From Podarcis bocagei (taxonomy: Eukaryota): 64,000 nucleotides of DNA. Shown piece by piece: positions 12,061 to 25,727 of this stretch (the stretch's first letter is position 1; the number at the start of each line of letters is the position of its first letter). A program made the position numbers and the translations under genes. The notes under the pieces were generated by a model. It was not told the DNA's origin. It ran no database searches and saw only the letters and a program-made list of their open reading frames with translations. Location of the stretch: NCBI GenBank assembly GCA_964188305.1, contig OZ076885.1; one strand, given 5' to 3'.

Positions 12061-13388
12061 ATTCTGTCTCTTGTCTTCCTCTTTAGGGTTTCTGCTGTTT
12101 TACCTATGTCAATATTCCCCCAATAACTTTATTTTAATTGAATTGTTCACCTGTTCTCGAACCCATTCTTTTATTATAATTGATGTGTAACTTCCCTCTC
12201 CTCTCCATGTTATGTTCAACAAACACTACTCATCTTTCTATTACTACATTTTAGCCATCTGGTAAAATCTGTCTGACATTTTACTTTCTTTACTATATGG
12301 GATGTACCATGATGTGATGCCACATATTACCTATACAAACTGTGAATACAGCAAGCCCACATTTTGTGCACATTTAACTTGTGTGCATTCAGCTTTACTT
12401 GTGTGTTTCTTTTCTTTTAAGGAGCAGAAAGGAGGCAGGGTTCCACAGAAAATGACTTTGGCAATCCCACCCACCATTGAAACCAATGGGTTGATGATAC
12501 ATGATTTTGGCTTCAGGAGAGATCCCCAGAATGTAACCCCCATGTAAGCTGCTGGGTTATCGTATTCCAAGCGTCTAATGTTAACAATGCAGACAGATTT
12601 ATTTATTGTTAAAATTCATCTAGCATTCAGATTTTCAATTTTTTATTGGTTGGATGTTTTTGATCAGTCAATCAAGCTGACAAGTTGGGGGCGTATCATA
12701 TGACCACAAAGACTCTTATTGCAACAGGAATTCTTCCACACATTTAAATGTTGAGAATAACAGTGGATTCAGGCTATATTTAATTAAGTGCTATTTTTAA
12801 GAACATGTTATTTATTTATTATTTCTGGTAACTTTGAAATATTTGTTTTCATTGGCAACTGCAACATATGAGATGAGGGTTGTTATCTACTGGCCCATGT
12901 GGAGTCACAGCACATGAACATTCATTTTATACTCTGTTTAACAGTTTTATGTATACAGAACAGCTTACTGTCAACACATTATGTTGGCTTAAATATATAG
13001 TGACACTTCAAAATGCTCTTGGAATGAATAAAAAATGTCCTGTCTGTTCCAATACACAATACTAATCATTTATTTTCATTTTATGCATCTCCCCCCCCCC
13101 AAACCCATGGTTGGTTCTGCCTCAGTTATTAATTTATTGTACTAGGTTGTGAAAAATTGCTTTCATGTTAACTGTTTTACTCTTCTGGGCTTGACTACCT
13201 CATTTCAAAGGTGTAGGAAAGAGAATGTATCAGGAAGATGCAAAAGAAATGACACAAATAAAATGCACAATTGTGTAAAACAACTATGAGAATCCAAACA
13301 ATGAAGTTAAAAATGGAGGCAGGAATTCTTGACTAGGGCAGCAATAGAAACTCTGAAAGCAAACCACAGAGGTTTGCAGCTTCCACAG

Positions 13389-13757
13389 CAGACTCTCCAA
13401 GTGTTCCTATTTTCCAGGGCTAGTCCCAGATTGATAGAAGCTGTCCCGGTTTCTGATTTGATCCCAGAATGTCCCGCTTTTCCTTAGGACATCCCTATTT
13501 TCATCAGAGAAATGTCAGAGGGTATGCAATTATGTGACTCCCAAGCCAAGGAGATAGGTACATGTACGACCTTTAGAAGACACCTGAAGGAGGACCTGTA
13601 TAGGGAAGTTTTTTAAACGTCTAATGCTTTATTATGTTTTTATATATGTTGGAAGCCACCCAGAGTGGCTGGGGCAACCCAGTCAGATGGACAGGGTATT
13701 ATTATTATTATTAAACAGGATGTCCCTATTCTCATTGGAGAAATGTTGGAGGGTATG
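13389..13757 (+). mobile_element. Composite MITE (CATACCCTCCAA-type TIR) containing an L2-type 3' tail
   Basis: Left TIR cagactctccaag. The right terminus ...agaaatgttggagggtatg occurs twice (ending 13526 and 13757), bracketing an L2-like tail ggaagccacccagagtgg...gggtattattattatt. Confidence 0.7.
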
Positions 13758-14185
13758 TCACAGGAGAGACAACTAAGGATATTATCCCTTTGGGCTCTCC
13801 CTTGGAGGAGTTTGGGGCAGGGAGCACTCTTGTATTCATTATAGATCCCCATCTCTGGGTGAGAGCCAGGGAAGGGAGGGAGGGGTGTGGTTGGGGCCTC
13901 CCCACATGAGAGGCAGGTTGATTTCATATACACATTCTTAAGTTGCTGTGCTAATCTGATGGCTTTAATGGGAGTCTGTGGTGAGAAGCAAGGCTGAAGC
14001 TGCCTGTTGTCAACATAGGAGTGGCTCCCTGCTAGAATTAATGAGAGATGCACTTCATAGTATATGATCAAGCTGTTAGGAACTGCATGCACTTTTAATT
14101 TTTGCTCTCCATGAAATGCTATGTGGGTCATATCACTGCTAATATTTGATTACATCTGATTCTGGTTTATGTATTTTAACTAACT

Positions 14186-14246
14186 GGGGGTTGGACCATA
14201 CGATCCTTGTGTTCCCTTCTAACTCTACAATTCTATGATTCTGTGA
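14186..14246 (+). mobile_element. CR1 3' terminal fragment
   Basis: gggggttggac...cccttctaactctacaattctatgattctgtga tail. Confidence 0.7.
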
Positions 14247-17200
14247 TATTTTAGTGCACTTGAACAATGAATTCAGGGAAGGTAGTTTTTGCTATATAAA
14301 ATGCATACTGAAACAAAATTAATTTAAAAATAAAACAAAACAGTTGATACACAGCTAAAGGGCAACTGAAGGTTTCAATGAGGTCAAAAAGTTGAGATTG
14401 TATTACATGAATCAAGGGATTTCCTACCTGTACCAAGCAGGTGCATTGATTCCAAGACTTGAAACTGTAGCTTTTGGTATGGAACTGAACTTTGGTTTAT
14501 AAGAGCCTTCTTAATGCATTAGTGCTTTATTCCGAGACTCCATTAAGCCATGAGCACCAAAGGTCAGGGATTCCCAGAAGGGAGTACTAATGCTTTTTAT
14601 ATGTCTAGTTGTATTTAAATAATACTTGTGTCTGCATGTGCCCATCATTCTTTTTGTTGACACTGCCACACCATTCTGCATCCTCGCATCTACTAGCACG
14701 GGCATTCGCAGGTGGGGAATTAAATATAGCACTGGACTCTCCCCTCCTGTGGTTTCCAGCAATAGGTATTCAGAATATGGAATAATGTGGAGGAGGAACA
14801 TAGCCATCATGGCTAGTAGCCACAATTGTCACAATGGTACGAACAGTTTGAATTACTCACCTTGATTAATAACTCAGTTCAATCCTTAATTTTGCTATGG
14901 GCACATTCATTCTCAATAGCCTATCTGAAACACTGCACTAATCTCAAAAGAATGAAACTATGTGTCTTTCAATGTGTCTTTCATTTATGTAGGCCACTTG
15001 GCTCAATGGTACAGATTCATATTTGCCTTGGCATCAGTCCTGAAATTAAGGTCGGAGTTGCTGTCCATTATCTAGCATACTCCACACCACAACAGATGTC
15101 TTTGGAGTTGCAGAACTTTCCAAGTGGATATGTATGGCCTCAAGGGTGCATGCTACAAACAAGGGTGCTGCAATCAGATCCAAGTTCTGCTCCTCCCATC
15201 AGGTTCCCTATGCAGTACAAGGCAGCTGCCACTCTCAAAGCGCAGTATCTGGAGAGAGTGCCCAGATGAAAAAACAACAAGTGGTGACCATTTTGTGTGA
15301 GGGTTCTGTTACCAGCCCCCATGTGTGTCAGCAGAGCATGTATAAGCATGCCCGGCCCCCTGTTCCACCCCCAGTCTGCCCCTTTCTGGGTTCAGAAGGA
15401 CCTGTACATCACTGCATGTACATCTAATGTGGTAGCGCTTTCAGGGACGAGAATTTACTCCATTCCAGTCATGGTCTTAGACTTCAATGGGCCTGTGAAA
15501 CCGGAACAAAATATAACACTCAGTTCTTTGTGGCCTAGTAAGTGATAATGTAGGCCTGTTCACTTCCTTGTAGGCCAAGTTCCTCCTGCCTCACATACCC
15601 TATCTAACCTGTGGCCTGGTTCTCAAAGGGATCCAGCTCACCCTGAAGTTTGACATCCAGCACTGACAGCCACTTTTACTTTGCCTCCTTCAACCCAGCT
15701 CATTCCCAGCTTAAACAAAATGGTAACACACATTCAGTATCTGACAAATGTTTGAAATGGTTAAAATTCAGCTTTTGCCATTTTAAAACCTTGCAAATTT
15801 TCTTTCTGAAACTCAATTTCGTATAATACTTGTACAAAATCTAACTCCAAACTCTCCAAGGTATTATTATATTAATGCAGCAATACTGAGTATCAGTTTG
15901 CTGAACTGAGTATTTATACTCTGCTCCTAAAATCCCTAAATATAAGAATATTTATAACTGGAAATAGGGAAGAAATTTTTGAAATAATTCTGCACACACC
16001 CCCATGTACTTTTGTGCCTAAAGGTGGAACCACACGTTATGAGGAAAACATGGAAGACCTAAGCTCATGTTTCTTTAGTAAATCTAATGTGTGAGGGGAA
16101 CATCACTTACAAGAAGGAAGGACTTTTCTCTGTAAATGCCCCTTGACAGTTTTAAACGGATGCTTTCCCCAGTAGGGATATGAAACTGTGGGGAAGCTGA
16201 ACTGAAGGTAAAGAAGCCAAGGGATGGGGATTATGTATGGGAAAACTGGTGAGCACAGGAAGGGTGAAGCAACTCATCTTTCTGCTGATCTCCCCTGCTA
16301 GGTGTCCTGCCTCTGTTTCTCCTATTATCTTGCGGAAATATACTTTTGCCAAAATAGCATCAGGATCTGCCCTAAGCAGCCTTTAATTGGATGTTCAACT
16401 TCATCTTTGCAAATCTGAGTTTTCAAAAACCACAAGCTAGGTCAAATAACACGAATCTCCATAACTACAATCTGATTCTCACTTTTTGTATTTGTAAAGA
16501 AGAATTGTTTTGACCTTTACTGAATAATAATAAAAAAAAGAACCCTGGGCTTATAATTCTCATTTTGGAAGTGTTAAATAGCGATACTAAAGTTCTATGC
16601 ATAAATCAGAAGACTGGGGGACAACTGATTAAATAAGCCAAATAGGGAATGATATATAAAGTAAGTAAATCTAGCCTTTATTTTTGCCTTTGGTAGAACA
16701 TCCATAATAGAAATATAAATACAGCTGTTAAATGTAGAAGGGCAGAATAAGTTATCACTGACCTATTATTTACAGAGTTAACACTCTGAAAACAATGTTC
16801 CTGTAATAAGCCCTGTGACTCTGAAAATGTTACACTCACATTTGCCCTTCAAATGGGTGGAGTGAAGTTGATTGAAAGGTGATGTGATGGGATGCTTGTG
16901 ATAATTCTATGGCAGGGACAGTGAGATCTTCTTGAAATTGCATGTATTTTCTTCTGGGGGAAAATAGGTTTAACTCTTGGTGGAATTAACTCAGGCCCTC
17001 TTTGCATATATGTTAAACCTCACAACACAAAATGTAAGAAGCCAATGCAACAAATTGTGGCCAGGGCAGGAAATACGGTAGGGGGTAGATTTCTATGCCA
17101 GCTGTTTTGGTTTCTTTTTAATGGTATCTCAAGGAAATGAGGCGAGATGGTAGAAGTAGTATCGTCGAGAACAGAAGTGAAGAGGTTTAAAAGAGAGCTA

Positions 17201-18825
17201 GAACACGAACTGTGGCAGGCAGCCACCAGTCTTGAAGAGAAGGATCACAGCTGTGCTATTTATCCATCATCCCTAAGGCATTTTCTTCTATTTAGAAACC
17301 TGTAAGTCAAGAAGACTTGAAGGAGATGATGTAGCCAAAAAGAAATATTTGTTTTGCCCAACTTGTGACATATGCATAGTTCTAGAGAAATTGAACTGAA
17401 TCAGAGAACCCATTAGCTCAGGAACAGCGCAAAGGCTTTGCATGAACAATGCCCCAGACTTGATCCCTACAATTTCCAGTTAATGAACTTTAGATAAAAG
17501 AGACCTCTCTGTGACCCAGAAGTGTTGACTGACGTAACTGCCAGTACTGTGAACAATCCAAGAATTGATCTGATTCAGTATAAATGGCATCTCCTACCTT
17601 TAGGAAACATTAAAGTAACTCTGAAAAATTCCCTAATGAGAAGAGAAAAGAAAAGAAAAGAAAAGGAACTGATGCAAGCTAAACAATCTTCTAGGACTCA
17701 CTGAGAGTTTTTCATAATACTCAGTACTGCATGTCTCTCTTGTAAAGCAAATAAATAAATACATTAGCTCTCAACATACTGTGAGTATGTTTTGTCCCTA
17801 CATAATAGCAATCTGAATGCTGAATCATGTTTCATAACAAGTTACAAAGATAGGGTCTGTTTTGTAACAGATGACTTACATATTAATATAAAGATATGTT
17901 TTAAGGCATGATCCCTTCAAACTTCATAATCTGCTGATCCAATTTTAACACAGTTTCTGCATAGGCTGCGATAGAAGGGTTAAAGAGGAGATCCCCATGA
18001 AAAAGTGAAGTAGCAAATTCTATCACAAATTGATTTGTATTAGTGCAAATCAGCAAACCTCAGTTTCTTACTTGTGAGGTAGTTTTCTTTCGGGAACACA
18101 TGTAATTAAATGGCAAGTCTCAGGTGCATTAAACTGGGCTCAAAGACCAACTCAGTCCACATAACCCATCCTTTTAAAAGTCAGAAATGATCAGTGTCTG
18201 AAGGGAGATAATACTTTAAAAACAGAAATGCCAGCTGGAAATAATGTCATTTATGATTTGAGTTGTGAGATCAAGTTATCAGATTAACGTTACGCGAGCT
18301 AGGGGAGGACGGGAAGCTTTCGGATTTTTCTGCTTATCTTTCCCAAATGCCAAAAAGTGGCCATCTTTATTTTTATATTTTATATCAAGGAAGAACTGTG
18401 CATAACAATACTGATCAAGAGAATTCTCTGTGCTGCAGATACCATCTTGATTGCTAGATACATGCAGTACACAAGACACCAACTGAGCCTGATTTATTCA
18501 TGGTATAAACCCAATTCTCCTTGCTTTGGACGTGAGTGGTAATATTCCAGGCCTTTGAATCTGTTTCACTGAGTTCCATTAATGAGAGAAACTTGGCGAG
18601 CCAAATCAAAGTCGTCCTCATTCGGTAGTATTCATCACAAAATAATGAAGAAATAATACTTTCCTCTTCTTGTCAGGAGAAGGTTGGGCACACAAATCTA
18701 AAAATGGTATGTAGGGTCCTACCTGACAGAGGACACTTCTCTGTTGAAGTGCTATCAGAAGGCAGCTCTCTATTTAAAGGGCTGTTCTGTACAAGTCTGA
18801 TTTACAAAAACAAGAAACATAAAAA

Positions 18826-19360
18826 GGGTGGAGAGCACAGTGCCCTATCAATTGGGTGTATGGGGTTTTAGGAGAGGGGTAGTACTTCTGGTGGAGGACA
18901 CATCATGTTCTTCTGGGGTATTTTGTCCACTTCTGGTCTCCCACCCTGTACTCAGATCTCACCTGTGGCTCCTAGTAGCTGTCAGGTTGAGAGAGCAGCC
19001 ACAACCTGGGAAACAGCTTCAACTGGCCAGCTAAACCAGGTGAAGGCAGCTGATGGGTCTCAAACCCACTGTGAGTTAGGGACTCTGCATACGAAAACAG
19101 GTCAGATTGAGTGGAAAAGACCAATAGTGGGTCCAATGGTCAAGAAGGCAGTTTCTGCACATGCTGTAAAGGGAAATGAGGGGCAGATAGGGCTCATCAA
19201 CCTGGGAAGGTAGCCCATCTAGGAGAAGGAAAACTCTGATCCTAAACTCCTGCTGCCTTGTGGCTATACTCATTTGTGAGAAAGGTTTTGGGAGACAGAT
19301 TGATACCAACAACATCCTGTGTGCTGTATTTCCTGCCCTTGTTGATGAAGCACAAATTGC
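18826..19360 (+). mobile_element. RTE-clade LINE 5' region fragment
   Basis: Contains cccatctaggagaaggaaaactctga, a motif characteristic of RTE 5' UTRs. No intact ORF. Confidence 0.55.
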
Positions 19361-19526
19361 CACCTCCTGGGACAAGGAAAATCTGTTTAAATTATGCTTG
19401 ATTCCTTTTAAGGTAAATCCCAGACATGGAATCAATTACAGAAAGAACAGAAACCTTGCCAAGGGTTGGAACTGTAATGCCTGGTATGAATAGCTTCTGT
19501 ATCTCTCAAGTCCTATAACTTCATTT

Positions 19527-19769
19527 GGGAGCCGGTGTGGTGTAGTGGTTAAGAGCGGTAGTCTCGTAATCGGGTGAACTGGGTTCGCACATGCAGCTGC
19601 TGGGTGACCTTGGGCTAGTCACACTTCTTTGAAGTCTCTCAGCCCCACTCACCTCACAGAGTGTTTGTTGTGGGGGAGGAAGGGAAAGGAGAATGTTAGC
19701 CGCTTTGAGACTCCTTAGGGTAGTGATAAAGCAGGATATCAAATCCAAACTCCTCCTCCTCTTCTTCTT
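19527..19769 (+). mobile_element. tRNA-derived SINE with L2-type tail (Squam2/POMSINE-like)
   Basis: A box TGGTGTAGTGGT, truncated B box GGTTCG, body ...ttagccgctttgagactcc...atatcaaatccaaac and a (CTC/CTT)n tail. Confidence 0.85.
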
Positions 19770-19772
19770 TTA

Positions 19773-19862
19773 CAGCACAATCCCTAACCACATCTACTCA
19801 GAAGCAAGTCCTACTGAATTCACTGGGGCTTACTCTGAAATAAATGGGGTTAGGATTGCATC
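19773..19862. mobile_element. Short hairpin MITE
   Basis: Inverted termini gcacaatccctaacc / ggttaggattgca with internal aagtcc / gggctt symmetry. Confidence 0.55.
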
Positions 19863-20329
19863 CTCAATCAGTGTATTCCGTAACACTTTAGAGTGACATT
19901 GAAGCCCAGTGGTCATGTGTTAAATCTATTTCTTGGAAGCACCATTTCAAACTGTCAGCAAGTGGACACTCACACAACTAACAAAGCTACACACACACAC
20001 ACAATCTTCACAGAAAACTAGCTAGTAGGGTATAATGGACAGCTGGGTTTGAAAAGGTTAACTTGTACTTCATATCTAACCTCCTGGCAGTCCCTCCCTC
20101 CCTTCTTTCCTTCCTGAGGAACAACAGGACACATTGCCATTGAAGGTTGACTTTTGTTTCATTCCTCCCTGAAGCATGTCATAGAATCACAGGCAGAAAA
20201 TACACCAAGTCCTTTGCTGAGTGTCTACAGAGTTAGCCACCTATGTTCTAACAGGAGGGTAGAGATAAGAGTCTCCCATGAAACCACTATTATTATGTGA
20301 AATTACAAACACATCTAAAAGAAATTGTC

Positions 20330-20960
20330 CCAAAACATAAATCATTCTATTTTCTGTCAAAATACAATATTTATAAAGTATAAATGAAACTTACACCAAT
20401 CCATATAGCCCAAACTTACATCAATGAGAATAATGCATATGACAGAATACTATCTTGATATTTCATTTCATGCTCCAGTGATTTATAAATGAATTCCACT
20501 TTTTAATAAACTTGTCTGGCAAATGTCCTTTCTTAAATCTCTTATAATATGTAAGCATCATCAAAAATGCTACTGTTCAAACTCACTCATACCAACTTGA
20601 TATTGAAAGGGATTCTTGGTGATTTCCATAATGATGCTATAACTTGTCTTGTTATAGCCATTAAACTATTCACTAGTTCTAAATCCACTTGCAAGTTTTG
20701 AGCTTTCAAATATTCAAGAGCCACTGTTTTAGGATTTCAATAAATACAATACCTGGCCATACCTTTTATGATCATTTTATTATTTCCATAAAGAAGATAG
20801 AACCAAAATATAGCTTAATATCCAGTAGCCCGATGTCCTTATGCAATCTAAATAATCTAAATAATGCCTTTTGTTTTCTATTTTAGATACATTTTAAAAT
20901 AACCTTTTGCTACAATTGTAAAGTGGCTAAGTCACATTTTTAATGGTGCATTCTGGAAAA
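20330..20960 (-). mobile_element. Highly degenerate L1/Tx1-like ORF2 fragment
   Basis: AT-rich, with a minus-strand GLLDIKLYF remnant resembling the L1 GLPDxKLYY motif. Many stops. Confidence 0.3.
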
Positions 20961-21402
20961 GATACAATATTAATATTAAAGCCAGAAATTATGCTACAAT
21001 TGGACTGCATGTAACACAGAGGAATAAATGATCTTTCCTAGTTATGGTGAAAGCTACATAGTCCATACAGATATACATTCTCACCTCTTGCTTCACTACA
21101 GGAACCCTGGAGATATGTCCATCTGACCTCACTACTATAGTTAAGGGCTGTATAGCTAAGGAAAATAAACTTTTAAGATTATCTGAAATTATACCATTAG
21201 CTATTAGGCAGGCTGGTCAGCCAATGGTAACTAACTCTGTTGAGATGGGGATACTAACGGGAGAGCAGCAAGCAAAAGTAGAGGAGCAAATTCAAAGAAA
21301 TGCTCCCCACCCCACTCGCTCAGCTAACCAATTGGAAGAATATGGGGGGGTGGGGGAAGTGAAACAATAGAAACCCCTCCTTCATCCTTCCATGATACAT
21401 AC

Positions 21403-21892
21403 TGTTAGAAAAGTTGGGTACCTCCCCCCTCTCTCTGCCAAGCAGTAGCAAGGTTCCAGAGGGTTCCAGGTGCTCACCCACCGTTTGTGCTCCTTAGGAG
21501 AACTGAAGACATGTCAGAGACTGTTGTAGCTTTAAGAAATATGATTTATTCTCATATTGACAGCTACAGTCAGCTTGGGCTGTTCCCCATAGCAGTGCAG
21601 CACTGGAGTCAAAGACATCTCTCCCAGCCAGCCTTCAGCCAGCCTGCCCAAGATGGATCTCTGTCTTTCTTCTCTCATTCTTTCCAGGACTCTTTTCCTG
21701 TGACCTCCCTCACACACACACCATCACCTTGGCAACCACTGTCTGCTCAGACCCAAAATTCCTCTTAGATGGGCCATCAACACCTTTTGTCATGTTAACA
21801 CCTCTGCTAGGCCAGGTTAGTTTGCATAACCCAGCTCAGAGATTCCTAGTCTGGCCTAGTTCTGCAGCATGGTTTTTTTCATTCTTATCACA
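21403..21892 (-). mobile_element. Possible degenerate solo LTR
   Basis: TG...CA termini (tgttaga / tatcaca), about 490 bp, minus-strand AATAAA near 21546. TSD poor. Confidence 0.3.
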
Positions 21893-23005
21893 AATAATCA
21901 AAATACTACCAATTATTAATTTCTAGGGTTTAGGGACCCCCACACAAAAAAACCCCTCACAACAATACAATGTGTCTGGGCAAGACTTCAGCGTCATAAG
22001 CATAATGCAATATAAGATAACCCTAAACCTCATAATGCAATGCCTGAACAGACTACATACTTATACATAGCAATTTGCAACTATTTTCCTCTTTTAATTA
22101 TGTTGCCTTTGTTATGAGTGGCCTATCACTGATGTAGTCTACATATATATTGCTCTGAACATTTTATTTCCCCAAACAATCTCACTGAAATACCATCTCA
22201 CCCAGGTCCTTCTAATGGTTTTCATTGTCTTTTCAGAGATTAGGGCAGAGGGGTGTTTGTGAAGTGGGAGAGTTCTGTGCTTTATTCCCAGTAAACACCC
22301 CCCCTACAAACGCACACAGGCTTTGAATCACATAATGACACTATAACTTTCTTCATTATTTCCCCTTTTTAGCATACCAAGTGTGGTGTTAGCTTTTTTC
22401 TTTTTTGAATACTGCTGCACGCTGTAGAGATCCCTTCATTAATCTGTTTTCTATTATGCACAAGCCTCCCTCTTAAGAGGCAACAGCTAATTCATGAGTT
22501 ATTACAGCATGTGAGTAATTTAAAATTACCACTGACAATATAAATCATCTGGCATGGTAACTCTGAACGCGCATCTCTCTGGCAATTGGCTTCTTTTACA
22601 ACGCAAAAAAACACAATTCTGGGTCTTTCGGCGGAGTCTCTGTGGTACTGTGACTAACCTACTGGGCTTGGATGTTGAAAACCCTGGGTAAATCACTGCA
22701 TTTCAGCCAAACATACCTCACAGGTTAGTTACATAATTAGAATCAGCGGAGTGGGGTCTGTTAGGGCAAACAGGGCACTGCCCCACCAACCTCAATCTGC
22801 CTTCTTACTACCAGCCTTGGAGCAGCCCTGCCTGCCTGCTCCCTCTTCCTTAGTCTCAGTTTTGCCCATGTGGAACTCAGTAGGAAGGAGGACATGGACA
22901 AAACTAGAATTACCTGGCTCTGCCTACCATTTGCTCTGTTGCTGGTCTCTCTGCCTTCTGCTCTACCAGGCCCAATGGGAACCTGCCAATACTGGTTAGA
23001 ATGAG

Positions 23006-23007
<2 letters not shown>

Positions 23008-23067
<60 letters not shown>
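23008..23067. repeat. Compound (CT)n(GT)n microsatellite
   Basis: Read directly. Confidence 0.95.
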
Positions 23068-25065
23068 GCTAGGAAATTTAAGCATTTTTATCTCATAATT
23101 CGCTACATGGGACAAGCAAGCAGGATGGGGTATGGGGGACAGATTGTGTCTTTTTGTTGCCCCATATTTTCACGCGCACCAGGTTATTAGGGAACAAGGG
23201 GGCAGAGTATTTGCTGAACCTCTACTCTTGACAAGAGAAGCCAACAACCGGGGGGCGGGGGGGGGGTTATCTAGTCTCCATGGTTGGACAAGGAGGGGAA
23301 GATGGGAAGGGAAGAAAGAGGGAGCTGACAATTTAACTTAAAACAAAAAAAAAAAGACCAGGAAAAGCACTGGGATTAAGGTTATGAGCACACAGCAGTT
23401 TAAAGTGGATTTGATGCACCCCATGTATGCATATTTTTCGCATCATCTAAACGATATCAATCTCATCCTAGTGGCAACCTGCAGCTTTCCCCCCAATTAA
23501 TTTGGGTTTTCCCAATCCATGGATAATCCAATAAAATGGGGGCAGTGGAATGCAGCATAACATCTCTTGCTACCCACATATTGGCACACTGAAACACATG
23601 GTGTGGACTTAAAAAAAAAATTTGTGGTGATGTTTTGCTGGGTGCCATCTATCAACCTCGTGTCTGTTTCCTCATTGCTTGAGCACAACCTAGCCATTTG
23701 GTTTTCATCAGCCCAAGAGAAAGCATGCAGCATGTCTATTTCCACAGGTTGTTGCTGAAGGCACCTATTTATTTTTTTTAGAAAAGCTGTTTTGCACAGA
23801 ACTGCTCTTGCATCAACAGGAGGTGGGAAAGGAAAAGGGGAAATGAAAAAGAAGAACACACTTACAGTATCTCCAAATCCCTCTTCTCCAAATCCCACTT
23901 CCTATCCCACTTCCCATCTTGGCTATATGCACTTGTTTATAAAATAAATGGTTTTATGCAGCTTTCTCTGTTTATGGTATTCGTAGAGTGTCTGGGTTTG
24001 GAGGTGCCCATGCATCTGCCTACCCGAATTTTGTTTGCCCTGGCGAGGAGCTCATTGATGGGTTGCTGCTTCTCTACCTGGCGGGGCGGGCAGGCACAAC
24101 CTTTTTGAAACTGCTGCTTTGTGCAAAACCCACAAATTGAAAAATATGTATTTGAAAAAAAGATAAAAATACAAAATTGTCTGCTTTGTTTGAAACATTT
24201 GATGAAAGCTCATTGCTGTGGCTTTACATGAACAAAACATTTTTTTAAGGTGTATGCATACTGCATGCATACCTACAAAGGGCCTCAGGCTTTGAGAACT
24301 TTCAGTGGGCAAAGAACAGTAATTGAGGGGAAGGAGTAACAACACAGAATACATCCTACCAAGCACCACCTACTAGTGTGTACGAGAAACACTGAGAAAG
24401 ATTTAAACTGAAAGCACTAATGTGCAAATGAAACATCACAAAGAGGCACATGGAAAAATCAGATTTGTACACATTAACGCTTCAGTGTATACAAAGCCTA
24501 ACAGCTACAGTTGCAGTTCTGAGTAAATACTGTTTCTAGTCATCTAGGTAGAGCTAGTCTGAAGAGACATATTGACAGCATCATCAAAGGAGCCTTCTCT
24601 GTTAACAGTTCCAACAAAACCAGGTAAAAATCGCCAACATTTACATATCGACAAAGCCCAATTTCTCATTTCCTTGTGAATGTCTACAACAATATCCAAT
24701 TAGGAAACTTTCACAGCAACATAAATACCTTTACTAATGAACATCTTAATGTGATTACTATCTGCCTTTCAGTGCATGAGTTTTCATCAGCCTTTCCTGA
24801 TTAGAATTCTCTGTATTTAAATCATAAATGTGTTGCTAATATGTCTGAATACGTCTGACCTTGAACTGAGAGCGAGAAGGAGGGGACCAATGTCCTAGAA
24901 GAGCACTTTTGTATTCTGTGTGCACTATTTCTGATATGAGGTGGTCTCTTAAGAAAACATGGTATGCGTGCCAAGGCAAAGGCTTCATGGCTTATTTATA
25001 TGAGGAAAGGGGGCAAGCAAATTTGCTGAAGGGGAAAAAAAAGAAGAAGAAATATTTTGACAAAC

Positions 25066-25140
25066 CTTGTCGGTGTAGACGAAGAACAGAATCACGACAG
25101 TGAGCTCCAGCACAAATATAATTAACAGCATGATAAAAAA
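25066..25140 (-). CDS. TSPAN4: Tetraspanin-4 internal coding exon (TM3)
   Basis: Minus strand ttcttctcttgacag|TTT...AAG|gtttgt, 75 nt, phase 0/0. Translates FFIMLLIIFVLELTVVILFFVYTDK, the expected continuation after CLLLS, including the conserved TM3 Glu and YTDK. Confidence 0.95.
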
Positions 25141-25727
25141 CTGTCAAGAGAAGAATGGGTGGGAGAGAAACAAAAGTCCAGAGACATCAATATTTGTTTC
25201 ATCTTCACAGCATATGCATTCATGCATAGAAGGAATCAGACCTAGTTTTCACTGAGGAGGTAAATCTTTGCCTGAATGGTACCATTTCTGACATAGGTGA
25301 GACATGACTGATTGTTTCGCTACATAAGAAAATTGCCTGCGCATAGAAAACTCTTCACACCACACACCCAATTTTCTATGTGTGGAAAAGAACTCAGTCA
25401 TGTGAGTCCCACCTGCAGGCACATGCAGCAAAGTCCAGACCACCTCAGTGAGAACTAGGCCAAAATCACGAAAGTACAGACAATACTATTAGCCTTGTGG
25501 CTGAGGTTCATATGGAAAGAGGTCAAAGAATTGATCAGGAGAACCTAGGCTCTAACCACATCAGTGACCTGCGAGCGCTGCAGCTATGGGGGATGCTTGC
25601 ATTAGCTTCAGCAAGAACAGACATTCATTGTGTTTTCACAGACCTTTACCTAGCAGATATTCCATTATCTAACTTTGCAGTAACACTTGGCCATCTTGTT
25701 TTGGAGAAAGGGTGGCTCTCCTCTATG

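Noticed and set aside
19527-19600. tRNA-like A/B boxes here and at 9800-9868 and 37982-38050
   Set aside because: These are SINE heads followed by SINE bodies and tails. No complete cloverleaf.
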